A DNA stretch of 53,049 nucleotides. Source: a virus. Its lineage: Duplodnaviria > Caudoviricetes. The notes under the pieces were generated by a model, which saw only the letters and a list, made by a program, of their open reading frames with translations, searched no databases and was not told the origin of the DNA. Shown in pieces: positions 45,090 to 53,049 of this stretch (its first letter is position 1; each line of letters begins with the position of its first letter). The position numbers and the translations under genes were made by a program. The DNA lies in the IMG/VR virus record IMGVR_UViG_3300007972_000001, positions 1 to 53,049 of that record. One strand, 5' to 3'.

Positions 45090-46100
45090 ATGCTCAGCCT
45101 AGGTCGTGATATCGAAGACGAACTCAACGAGCTGACGAACCGTAAATTCTACGGTGTTGTCGTTGACAACAATGACCCAGAGAAGTTGCAGAGGATCAAG
45201 CTTCGCATTGCAGGTCTACACGACGACTTGAAAGATGAAGACTTGCCTTGGACATTTCCATCGAACGCCAATACTCACAATAATGGCGGTGGTACTACTG
45301 GACAGCTTGGTCCTATCCCCCCTGTTGGCACAAAGCTGCATATGAAGTACCATGACGACTCTATGTACCATGGCTACTATGAGGGATCAGTCACGACGAA
45401 GGAGCAGCGCCTAAAATCTCTGACTACTGGAGATCACGGCAAAGACTACCCAAATGTCCACGGTACAGAAGACGCTAGCGGTACTTTGCATGCTATTAAC
45501 ACCAAAAGAGACACCGTTGACTATACACATGTGTCTGGTACCGGGTGGTCTATTGATGGAAGTGGTAATTTGCAGGTTAACGTAAATGGTGGCTATGACA
45601 ATAAGAATAAAGACGCCACTAAAGGAAAGTATCCGACAGGCGCTAATTTTAGAATCACCGGAAATGCTACCGTAGTGATTGATGGTGGCTTGCCCATACA
45701 GGCTACTGGGAGTGTATCTATTGTTTGCAATGGTGACGCCAGCATCGCTGCTTATGGTAACACCAGCATCTCTTGTAACGGTAACGCCGCAATATCGGCT
45801 AAAGGTAATGCCTCCGTTGCTTGTAATGGTAACGCTTCTCTGGCCGCTAAGGGTAATGCCTCTGTATCGGGAGATGGGGGTGTAACTGTTAGTGCAGGTG
45901 GCGCTCTCAATTTAGTAGGCAGTTCAATAGCTTTGTCTGCTGGTGCAATAACGAGTTCAGTCCCAATTGTCTTAGGCGGAGGCGGATCGCACTCTACTAA
46001 CAGCACTGTTGGGAACGTTAACAAACTAGACCAGCCGCAGGCTTTGACGGGCAGGTCTAGGCCGACTGCTGTAGCAGTTAACGACTCGACAACTGATTGA
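45090..46100 (+). CDS. Baseplate central spike (gp5/gpV-like)
   Basis: OB fold GVVVDNNDPEKLQRIK..LPW..PPVGT; HVSGT; 8-aa beta-helix repeats (CNGNASIA-type). Confidence 0.88.
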   Translation: MLSLGRDIEDELNELTNRKFYGVVVDNNDPEKLQRIKLRIAGLHDDLKDEDLPWTFPSNANTHNNGGGTTGQLGPIPPVGTKLHMKYHDDSMYHGYYEGSVTTKEQRLKSLTTGDHGKDYPNVHGTEDASGTLHAINTKRDTVDYTHVSGTGWSIDGSGNLQVNVNGGYDNKNKDATKGKYPTGANFRITGNATVVIDGGLPIQATGSVSIVCNGDASIAAYGNTSISCNGNAAISAKGNASVACNGNASLAAKGNASVSGDGGVTVSAGGALNLVGSSIALSAGAITSSVPIVLGGGGSHSTNSTVGNVNKLDQPQALTGRSRPTAVAVNDSTTD

Positions 46101-46110
46101 GGAAGCCACA

Positions 46111-46533
46111 ATGGCTAATCCAAACATAGTAGCCAAGTCGCTGACCTTCGACATAACTTGGCTGTCGGACATCAATACGAATTTTGAAAATAGCGTCCCA
46201 CAGACTTTGGTGTATGCTATTGAGGAAATAAACGGCCTCATCATCAACGTGCTAACCACACGTATTGGTGAAGAATGGTGGGAGCCTCTGTATGGGTCTA
46301 ATCTGCCGCTCAGAGTGTTTGACCCAATCAATGACACGACTGCTTGGTTACTACAGCACGACATTGAAGACGCTCTTGCTACTTGGGTACCCTTGATAAC
46401 GGTCGATAGGTCTAGCAGTAAGATAAAGCCTTATCCTGATCTCAAGCTTTACGATATCCAATTAGCCTATGTTGTCCCATCAATGTTCGTTAAGACGTAT
46501 TATCAATTCCAAGTCGGCCCTAACCAGGGATAA
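46111..46533 (+). CDS. Baseplate wedge gp25-like protein
   Basis: NVLTTRIGE..WEPLYGSNL...FDP...I..ALATWVP. Confidence 0.9.
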   Translation: MANPNIVAKSLTFDITWLSDINTNFENSVPQTLVYAIEEINGLIINVLTTRIGEEWWEPLYGSNLPLRVFDPINDTTAWLLQHDIEDALATWVPLITVDRSSSKIKPYPDLKLYDIQLAYVVPSMFVKTYYQFQVGPNQG

Positions 46534-46538
46534 ATGTC

Positions 46539-47990
46539 ATGACAGTTCCTACCGTCGTATTAAACCCATCCACCCCGGATTTCGACAGTATCTTGAGCCA
46601 GTTCGAGACTGCGCTATCTTCGCAAGGTGCTTGGAACAACTTGCTGACCTCAGCTACAGGTCAGACCTTGTTAAGATTCATGGCATCAGCAACCGCGCTA
46701 GAAATGGGCGCGGTTGAGAGAGCCCAGCAAGAGACTATTTTGGATACGGCCAGACTATCGAGCAGTATCCTGCGCATTGCGCGTATGCTAGGCAACCACA
46801 TTCAGCGCCGTAACCCAGGGCAGATCGATGTCACTGTCACGTTGACAGATGCTACGCTGAGTGCTTCTGGTTACAGCATTCCAGCTTACACACCGTTTGC
46901 GTTAGGTGGCATACCGCTATTCAACCGCACGGCTTTGGTATTTTTACCGGGGCAGCTATCAGTTACCTCTACTTTTTATGTGGGTTCTGTGCAGTCAGTT
47001 TCGGTTGTTAGTGATGGAACTCAGTTTCAAAATTTCCAAATTGGCCCGGCTGATTACAGCTTGAGCGATCAAGATATCTATGCCACCGTAGACGGTGAAA
47101 TTTGGAGCAAGACCACTTTGGGGTTGTGGCGGTATACGGCTTTAGATAAGGTGTTCTATGAAAACACATTACCTAATGGCCAAGTCGCAATCATGTTTGG
47201 TAATGGTATCTATGGATCGATGCCGCCTGCGGGTGCAACAATCTCGTTCAACTATGTTAGTGTTCTTCCAACGTCTGATCAAAACGTGCCTACGGGCACC
47301 AACATTACGTCGTCTATTACCGGCGTAACCGCTGTCAGCACTGGTGGGCTTTCTGGTTATCAAGATGCGTTGCCTGCTAGCTTCTACAAGATGATGGGCC
47401 CATCTATTTTTTCTGCCAACGAAAGGGCAGTTACTCGCTCTGACCACAAAGCCCTGACTCTTCAATACCCTGGAGTCATTGACTGCGTATGGCTTGGTCA
47501 AGCTGAGATAAACCCTGGTGATCTTCGTTGGATGAATGTCGTGCAGGCGACCCTGCTGACAGAGAGCCCCTGGTCAGATTTTGACTGGCAGACCTTTGTC
47601 AATTGGTATCAAACCCAGGTCGGAATGTCTACAGTCCAAGTTGTCCGAAAAGACCCTGAGTCAGTTAATCTTACTCTAGATATTTCCATATACTGCTTTA
47701 ACCGCGCATCTCTCAGCAATGTCCAACTGGCGGCTCAGCAGTTTATCACCAACTACTTCGCTAAGAAGGTTGGTTCGCTCGGTGCTAACTACCAGTTGAG
47801 TGACCTAATCAACGGCATCAAAGATGGGATCACTGACAACGAAGGATCATTGATCGACTATATCACGATCCAACAGCCAACAAATCCGATCGTTCTTCGC
47901 CCAACTCAATGGCTGAGCGTTACAAACCCGACGGTCAACATGTACTACTCGACACGCGGAAATCCCCGCGTTCTAACGATTGCGGGGTGA
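46539..47990 (+). CDS. Baseplate wedge protein (gp6/J-like)
   Basis: PDFDSI, LDTARL.SSI..IARMLG, FGNGIYG..PP, RAVTRSD. Confidence 0.9.
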   Translation: MTVPTVVLNPSTPDFDSILSQFETALSSQGAWNNLLTSATGQTLLRFMASATALEMGAVERAQQETILDTARLSSSILRIARMLGNHIQRRNPGQIDVTVTLTDATLSASGYSIPAYTPFALGGIPLFNRTALVFLPGQLSVTSTFYVGSVQSVSVVSDGTQFQNFQIGPADYSLSDQDIYATVDGEIWSKTTLGLWRYTALDKVFYENTLPNGQVAIMFGNGIYGSMPPAGATISFNYVSVLPTSDQNVPTGTNITSSITGVTAVSTGGLSGYQDALPASFYKMMGPSIFSANERAVTRSDHKALTLQYPGVIDCVWLGQAEINPGDLRWMNVVQATLLTESPWSDFDWQTFVNWYQTQVGMSTVQVVRKDPESVNLTLDISIYCFNRASLSNVQLAAQQFITNYFAKKVGSLGANYQLSDLINGIKDGITDNEGSLIDYITIQQPTNPIVLRPTQWLSVTNPTVNMYYSTRGNPRVLTIAG

Positions 47991-47994
47991 AAAT

Positions 47995-48912
47995 ATGGTT
48001 GATCCAATCTCAACCGCCGAGGAGCTTTACCCGTCAACGGACGGTATGCAGCAAGTCTCTAGAACAGAAATACCAGCGGGCTATGACCTATCTTTGCTAC
48101 TCAGCTACACGTTCAGGAATAAAGATTGGGTCCTAGCCTTCTCTGACGCCGCCAGCAATATTACCTACACCAATGCTGCTCAACAGCGTCAGCTCCTAGC
48201 TGTTAGTCGTGAACCAGAAAACGTCGATAGGTCGATCAAGATATCCCTAGCAAAGATGTTGGGCTTAGATTACCAGAGCGATTCTTTTGCTGATAAGGAC
48301 TACGATCGATTGGTAAACTTCCTTGGGGTATATAACCCACAGAAGGGACCTGATCACTTTGTCAGCTTCATGGGCTTCCTAAAGAATAGTTACATCACTT
48401 TGATTCGCTTGTGGACGAAAGATTATCAGAGTTTCTTACCGGGTATTCCTCCAGGTGAAACTACCATATTTAAGGGTGGTGATTGGTATCCAACTTCTCA
48501 CGTTGGCGTCGCATATGATCCATATGCGACGGATACTCAGCTACTAGATGCACCCCATTTGAAAGATCTCTTCTACCAAATGGCCCCAATCAATTTGGTG
48601 TTGCTGTGGGTTGGAGAAGTACTGCGTGGCGACCCGATGGGTCTGCATTTTGGCTTAGCCTCAGTAGCTTACACCAAGCTGCTAGGCAAGATCAGCCAAC
48701 CAAAGACCATATATGGGTATTATGGTACAGCCAGTTTCTTTAGGAATTACCTGTTTGGGACCATCAGTTATCCAGCATCCCAAGCGACAAATTACAACTT
48801 CCAACCTTGTATTCCACCGATCTTATTTGGAATACAGAACCCATCTATGGTCACAGAAGACGGCACCAATGTAATCACCGACACTAACCAGAACATCGAG
48901 TTCGGGTTGTAA
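47995..48912 (+). CDS. Baseplate wedge protein (gp7/I-like)
   Basis: LAKMLG, QKG, YPTSH, APINLV motifs; follows the gp6-like gene. Confidence 0.65.
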   Translation: MVDPISTAEELYPSTDGMQQVSRTEIPAGYDLSLLLSYTFRNKDWVLAFSDAASNITYTNAAQQRQLLAVSREPENVDRSIKISLAKMLGLDYQSDSFADKDYDRLVNFLGVYNPQKGPDHFVSFMGFLKNSYITLIRLWTKDYQSFLPGIPPGETTIFKGGDWYPTSHVGVAYDPYATDTQLLDAPHLKDLFYQMAPINLVLLWVGEVLRGDPMGLHFGLASVAYTKLLGKISQPKTIYGYYGTASFFRNYLFGTISYPASQATNYNFQPCIPPILFGIQNPSMVTEDGTNVITDTNQNIEFGL

Positions 48913-48937
48913 ACTCTGCATATCAAGGAGATAATAA

Positions 48938-51052
48938 ATGTCTACTACCAGTCTAGCGGGTGTAACCAACGCAGGTATTGCTGCTGCCATCGCTGCGGGT
49001 AGCAGCGGCCCTCTTGTCCAGATCGTTGGGTTCACTATCGGTCAGTCCAGCGCCGCTGATGGGGCCTACTTTGATCCCACCAATACCGCAGTAGATAACC
49101 TACAATACACGGGTACTGTCTCCCAGATGACTTATCAGGTCATCAGTGCGAATGCTGTGCTATTTAGCATTGTCTTGGATCAATCTGTCGGTAACTTTAA
49201 TGTCGGCCAAGTCGGTATCATGCAGGCTGGTGGCATTATGTTCGGCAAGCTGGTCTACGCTAACCAGACAGCCAAATTCACAGGTTCTCCGCCAGTCAGC
49301 CTAGGTAACTACCTTGTGCTGGAAGTCGTATTGGAGATGAACAACATCAGCTCAGCGTTGGACTTGAGTCTCATCCAAGCTCAGTACTCCAGCCTGCCTG
49401 AAGTTGCCACTGAGCTGTTGCTTCCTGCCGCCAACACTACACCCTACAATGCGTGGATGGTTGATAATCACACGCATCTTGGTGAGCCAACTGTTGCGCT
49501 GCGCCTCGGTAACACTTGGTATCATGTTCCGCATCATCCAAATCCGGGTGAGGCTATCTCTGAGTTTGCTACTGCTCCGACTAGCTTCTCAGCAGATTTG
49601 ACTGGTAAGGTAGTTGCTTTCAACTCTCTCACCAATTTGATTGTTCCTGCCAACTCCACAAACGTGCCAGCATTTGCACCGATCGGTGTAGCGATGAGTT
49701 CGTCGCGCGTGATCACTGTGGGTCAGATTCCAGGTACAGCCGTTGGCTTATCAGGTGCACTGACGCTGTTCACCAAATACTACGCTGATGGTGGAACCAA
49801 CGCGGGTAAGCTAACTACAACGCCAAACAGCTACCCTGTAGGCGTGGCGATCAGCACTACGGACATTTTCATTGATTGTTCGGGCGGTTTCGTCAATCTG
49901 ACCTATGACGAGTTGATTGCTTACATCAACAACCTGCAGTCGCCGTACAACATCCACTACTTAGTTGATACCAGCACGACAGTCAATCTGATCTACGGTA
50001 CAACTAACCCGACCTTTGGTGCTTACCAAGACGGTATGATGCTTGAAATCACGCCGAATAACACCAATACTAGTGCCGTTGTTCAAGTATCTGTTCCAGG
50101 GCAAGGTCTACAAACTCTTGTCCATGCCGACGGTACTCAGCCCGCTGTTGGTGAGCTTGTAGCCGGTCAAAAATTCCTAGCCGCCTATGACTCTACCCTA
50201 GCTAAAATCGTGATACTGTCAGGTCCATCTCTGGCGTTCCTAGACGCAAGGTATCCAAAGCTATCACTGCCTGCTGGTAGCAACTTTTACGTCAACGCCT
50301 CGACTGGTAACGATGCCAATCCAGGAACGCTGGCACTGCCATTTGCTACGCTACAGGGCGCAGTTAACACCATCTCCAATAACTACATGTCATTCACGGG
50401 TGTAACTCTGAACGTGGCGAATGGCACCTACGCAGGTGTGAGCTTTTCACAGTCCTTGATCCAGAAGTGGACTGTGATTGGAAACCCCTCTAACCCGAAT
50501 CTGTGCGCGGTGAACTCTCCGTCGTCATCAGCTCCAGGTCGATGCTTCCTCAGCTATGGGGTTCAGGTATCACTTAATGGGTTCAAAACGACGTCCTATT
50601 ATGAGAACATAGGGTCTACAGCTGGTGGTTATGTCACTTTGAGCAATATGATCCTAACGACACCTAGCAACTCTGGTGCTCCAGTCATAGGTTGCTATGA
50701 GGCCTCCCAAGTGTGGCTATTCAGTAACATATCCTACACTGGCACTGGAAGTTGTATGGCCTTCTTGGCCGTGACTCAAGGCTCTACTGCCAACTTTGGC
50801 TATCAGGACTACTTTGTCACCTACAACTGCTCGGTGAGCTTTTCCGGGACAAGCACTTTCTTGTATACGATTTACGTTGGACAAGCTGGGTCTATTCAAG
50901 TCACACCAGCTGTTACTACTCTGTCAGGATCTGTTACAGGCAGCAGGTACAACGTAAACTTGAATGGGAGCATCAATACCAATGGCTCTGGGGTAAACTA
51001 TTTTCCTGGAAGCTCGGCTGGTAGCACAAACACTGGTGGACAATACTCGTAA
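48938..51052 (+). CDS. Tail fibre protein
   Basis: N-terminal VTNAGIAA...VGNFNVGQVG baseplate-attachment domain; FYVNASTGNDANPGT..PFATLQGA beta-helix cap; C-terminal YFPGSSAGST..GGQY. Confidence 0.85.
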   Translation: MSTTSLAGVTNAGIAAAIAAGSSGPLVQIVGFTIGQSSAADGAYFDPTNTAVDNLQYTGTVSQMTYQVISANAVLFSIVLDQSVGNFNVGQVGIMQAGGIMFGKLVYANQTAKFTGSPPVSLGNYLVLEVVLEMNNISSALDLSLIQAQYSSLPEVATELLLPAANTTPYNAWMVDNHTHLGEPTVALRLGNTWYHVPHHPNPGEAISEFATAPTSFSADLTGKVVAFNSLTNLIVPANSTNVPAFAPIGVAMSSSRVITVGQIPGTAVGLSGALTLFTKYYADGGTNAGKLTTTPNSYPVGVAISTTDIFIDCSGGFVNLTYDELIAYINNLQSPYNIHYLVDTSTTVNLIYGTTNPTFGAYQDGMMLEITPNNTNTSAVVQVSVPGQGLQTLVHADGTQPAVGELVAGQKFLAAYDSTLAKIVILSGPSLAFLDARYPKLSLPAGSNFYVNASTGNDANPGTLALPFATLQGAVNTISNNYMSFTGVTLNVANGTYAGVSFSQSLIQKWTVIGNPSNPNLCAVNSPSSSAPGRCFLSYGVQVSLNGFKTTSYYENIGSTAGGYVTLSNMILTTPSNSGAPVIGCYEASQVWLFSNISYTGTGSCMAFLAVTQGSTANFGYQDYFVTYNCSVSFSGTSTFLYTIYVGQAGSIQVTPAVTTLSGSVTGSRYNVNLNGSINTNGSGVNYFPGSSAGSTNTGGQYS

Positions 51053-51063
51053 GGAGAACAGAC

Positions 51064-51702
51064 ATGCTATACAATGTAGCTAATTGGTATTGGTTGAACA
51101 AGGTTACTGGGGAGATATACTCGTCTGCCCAAAGAAAGATTGTACCAGCTAATGATCCAACCTATTTGGGTTGGCTCTGCTCTCCAACAAACCCAGCAGG
51201 TAACTCTCCAACAGATTGGCCCAAAGATGAGACTGGGGCTATCACCTACGCCGCATTGGATGCAGTGTTGGAGAGTGCGGGTCTACCGGCAACGGGTTTA
51301 GCTGTGTCTGCAACTCAGACCTTGCTGAACTACGCGGCTAGCAAGCAGACCTACTACCTAACGGCGCAGTACACGCTGAACATTGGCACAACCGGTTCTC
51401 CAGTAGAAGCCAGGGTGACGTTTGACGTGAACTCTCAGCTCCTTTGGATGAAGGCTATGCTGTGGGGCATGGCTAATCCAACAGCAACAACGGTGTACCA
51501 GTATCAAGACGCCGCTGGAAACAACTTTGCTCTGACTCCAACAGAGGCCAACTCTCTTGGTTCACTGGCTACAGCTTTGGACAATCAGATCGTCTTGACG
51601 TACAACCAAATCGTGGCGGCTATCAACGCTGGAACAATAACTACATCTGCACAGATTGATTCTCCACCGTCTGGGATCAATCCCTGGCCAACAGTTGGAT
51701 GA
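51064..51702 (+). CDS. Tail fibre assembly/chaperone-like protein
   Basis: YNVANWYW, YSSA, AINAGTITTSAQID; follows the fibre gene. Confidence 0.65.
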   Translation: MLYNVANWYWLNKVTGEIYSSAQRKIVPANDPTYLGWLCSPTNPAGNSPTDWPKDETGAITYAALDAVLESAGLPATGLAVSATQTLLNYAASKQTYYLTAQYTLNIGTTGSPVEARVTFDVNSQLLWMKAMLWGMANPTATTVYQYQDAAGNNFALTPTEANSLGSLATALDNQIVLTYNQIVAAINAGTITTSAQIDSPPSGINPWPTVG

Positions 51703-51709
51703 CCCACTG

Positions 51710-51752
51710 AAAAAGCGAGCCGCGCAATTTTTGAACGGCTCGCTTTTTCTTT
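51710..51752 (+). terminator. Intrinsic terminator ending the tail operon, fused to the next RBS
   Basis: AAAAAGCGAGCCG-13 nt-CGGCTCGCTTTTT-CTTT-gtc-AGGAGA. Confidence 0.8.
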
Positions 51753-51766
51753 GTCAGGAGACAATT

Positions 51767-52069
51767 ATGTTCCCAGTAGCACCAACTTCTAGCTTCACCT
51801 ACATCAAGGTTCCATGCTCGTTCGCCGCCTTCACAGATAGCATCATGGAGCACATTAGGAGTAGGAATGCAGGTAGCTTGGAGGGAGCCATAAATAGGTT
51901 GATAAGTAGGTCATTTGACGTAGAGTTTACGGATAGTCAGGCCACGTATCTACGAAGTACCCAGATAGAAGTCGATGAAGATGGACTTCTCAGTCACGTG
52001 GTATTTGCGGTTGATGCACTAGTCGATGGTGTGAAATTGGGCAAGCAATTGGAGTTCACAATAAGGTGA
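51767..52069 (+). CDS. Hypothetical 100 aa protein, possibly gp25/sheath-C-terminal fold
   Basis: AGGAG RBS; helix followed by three strands with weak resemblance to 46111. Confidence 0.5.
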   Translation: MFPVAPTSSFTYIKVPCSFAAFTDSIMEHIRSRNAGSLEGAINRLISRSFDVEFTDSQATYLRSTQIEVDEDGLLSHVVFAVDALVDGVKLGKQLEFTIR

Positions 52070-52076
52070 TCCAGAC

Positions 52077-52115
52077 AAAATAAAAGGCTGGGTTTAAAAC
52101 CCAGCCTTTTATTTT
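52077..52115. terminator. Bidirectional intrinsic terminator
   Basis: Near-perfect palindrome AAAATAAAAGGCTGGGTTT-a-AAACCCAGCCTTTTATTTT between convergent genes. Confidence 0.9.
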
Positions 52116-52366
52116 TATAGGTCGATCAATACGCCGCCTGAGTCCATCCTAGATGCTTTACTTAGTGCTTCTAGCCCCCTGCTCGTCAGTATGTAATACG
52201 ATACTCCCGTGTCCTCGTCAGTTGCTACCGTGATAAAGTTTATCGCTCTCAGGGCCTCCGCAGCCTCTTTGACCTGCACTCCCTTCACGCGGATGATGCG
52301 AAAGCTTCCACCCCGAAGCTCTTCTAGGATTTCTTTCTCCAGACGTGTTAGGACTACTCTGGCCAT
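52115..52366 (-). CDS. Small winged-helix-like protein
   Basis: GAGGG RBS; LTRLEKEILEEL...YYILTSRGLEAL. Confidence 0.6.
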   Translation of the reverse strand: MARVVLTRLEKEILEELRGGSFRIIRVKGVQVKEAAEALRAINFITVATDEDTGVSYYILTSRGLEALSKASRMDSGGVLIDL

Positions 52367-52381
52367 CGTACCCTCATACTG

Positions 52382-52409
52382 ATTGGGGCGGCTTGATTGC
52401 CGCCTCAAT
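52382..52409 (-). terminator. Hairpin after the ubiquitin-like gene
   Basis: ATTGGGGCGGC-ttgatt-GCCGCCTCAAT; no clear U tract. Confidence 0.45.
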
Positions 52410-52426
52410 TATTGTAGCGTATCCGA

Positions 52427-52822
52427 TCAGCCGCCACGGGTCTTGGCGATGGAGGACAGCGTGACACTACCCGGCAGGATCTTGTCGAGGCCGACCATCT
52501 GTCCCGCACCCTCGAAACCCTTGGCAATGCGAAAAGTCATTCCCTTGGCCCGCCCAGCCAAGTCACCGAGAATGTCCTTCAGAGAAGCCTTGGGCCCCTC
52601 ATAGCTATGCTCCATTTCACCAGCGATGGTGACCTTGATCGTGTCACCAGTCACAACCGAAGCCGCGATAGGCTCGCTCGGAACCCCTTCCGTGGGAACA
52701 GCGGTAGCCTCAGCCTCCTGCGGTGTAGTCTCAGAAGCAGCGGTCGTGGGGGTTTCCGTTGTCGGGTTCTGTTCCGACTGCGGAGTGTTCTCCTGACCGT
52801 TGTTCTCATTCTCATTCGACAT
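52427..52822 (-). CDS. Ubiquitin-like (beta-grasp) protein with acidic disordered N-terminus
   Basis: GAGG RBS; about 70 aa domain IKVTIAG...SLKDIL...LDKIL...VTLSSIAKTRGG-stop with a C-terminal diglycine. Confidence 0.7.
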   Translation of the reverse strand: MSNENENNGQENTPQSEQNPTTETPTTAASETTPQEAEATAVPTEGVPSEPIAASVVTGDTIKVTIAGEMEHSYEGPKASLKDILGDLAGRAKGMTFRIAKGFEGAGQMVGLDKILPGSVTLSSIAKTRGG

Positions 52823-52901
52823 GATTCAGTCCTCTTTGCTCTAATTACAGCCTTATCTCCACTGACTTGGCGAGCGGCTGCTCTTTCTCACCAAGAATCT
52901 C

Positions 52902-53048
52902 TTAGATGAATTTGCGGCAAGTAAAGTCCCAAGGACGAGGCTCTCTCGGAATGACGAGGTTGACCTCATTGACTTCGTGATTGCCGTTCACCCAATTCTT
53001 GAACAGCCACATTCCCATGCTTGAGGCGATGCAACACGTTTCCGCAAT
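52902..53048 (-). CDS. C-terminus of an upstream ORF, possibly ThiF/E1-like (partial)
   Basis: Translates IAETCCIASSMGMWLFKNWVNGNHEVNEVNLVIP...FI-stop; resembles the last helix and strand of ThiF-family enzymes; adjacent to the Ubl gene. Confidence 0.35.
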   Translation of the reverse strand: MAETCCIASSMGMWLFKNWVNGNHEVNEVNLVIPREPRPWDFTCRKFI

Positions 53049-53049
53049 G

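Noticed and set aside
45716-45870. Repeated GGTAA(C/T)GC units considered as DGR or nucleotide-level repeats
   Set aside because: They encode the ordinary 8-residue beta-helix repeats of the spike; no reverse transcriptase or template/variable repeat pair was seen.

Overview
A 53 kb segment of a large contractile-tailed (myovirus-type, probably jumbo) bacteriophage genome, almost fully coding. Left: replication/packaging genes (intein-split DnaB helicase C-terminus, a stand-alone intein ORF, intein-containing terminase large subunit, Mre11/SbcD-type nuclease, TOPRIM primase), then small accessory and nucleotide-metabolism genes, a C1A peptidase and a short minus-strand block with a RuvC-like resolvase. 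Middle and right: the virion module (neck-like protein, His/Lys-rich putative internal head proteins, topoisomerase IB-like protein, acidic scaffold, capsid decoration, major capsid protein, sheath, tube, chaperone, two tape-measure-like muralytic proteins, baseplate, spike, fibre). Far right: a ubiquitin-like protein ending in RGG, downstream of a partial, possibly ThiF/E1-like ORF. The most striking pattern is a dispersed set of truncated copies of the phage's own virion/packaging proteins: a clear major-capsid fragment, a shortened tail-tube paralogue, a sheath N-terminal motif inside an NDT-like protein, a terminase Walker-A-like peptide flanking the stand-alone intein, and a possible gp25-like copy. 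Three of these sit directly behind a similar terminator-RBS junction. No portal, prohead protease, tRNA, rRNA or CRISPR array was recognised. All assignments come from reading motifs by eye; no database searches were run.
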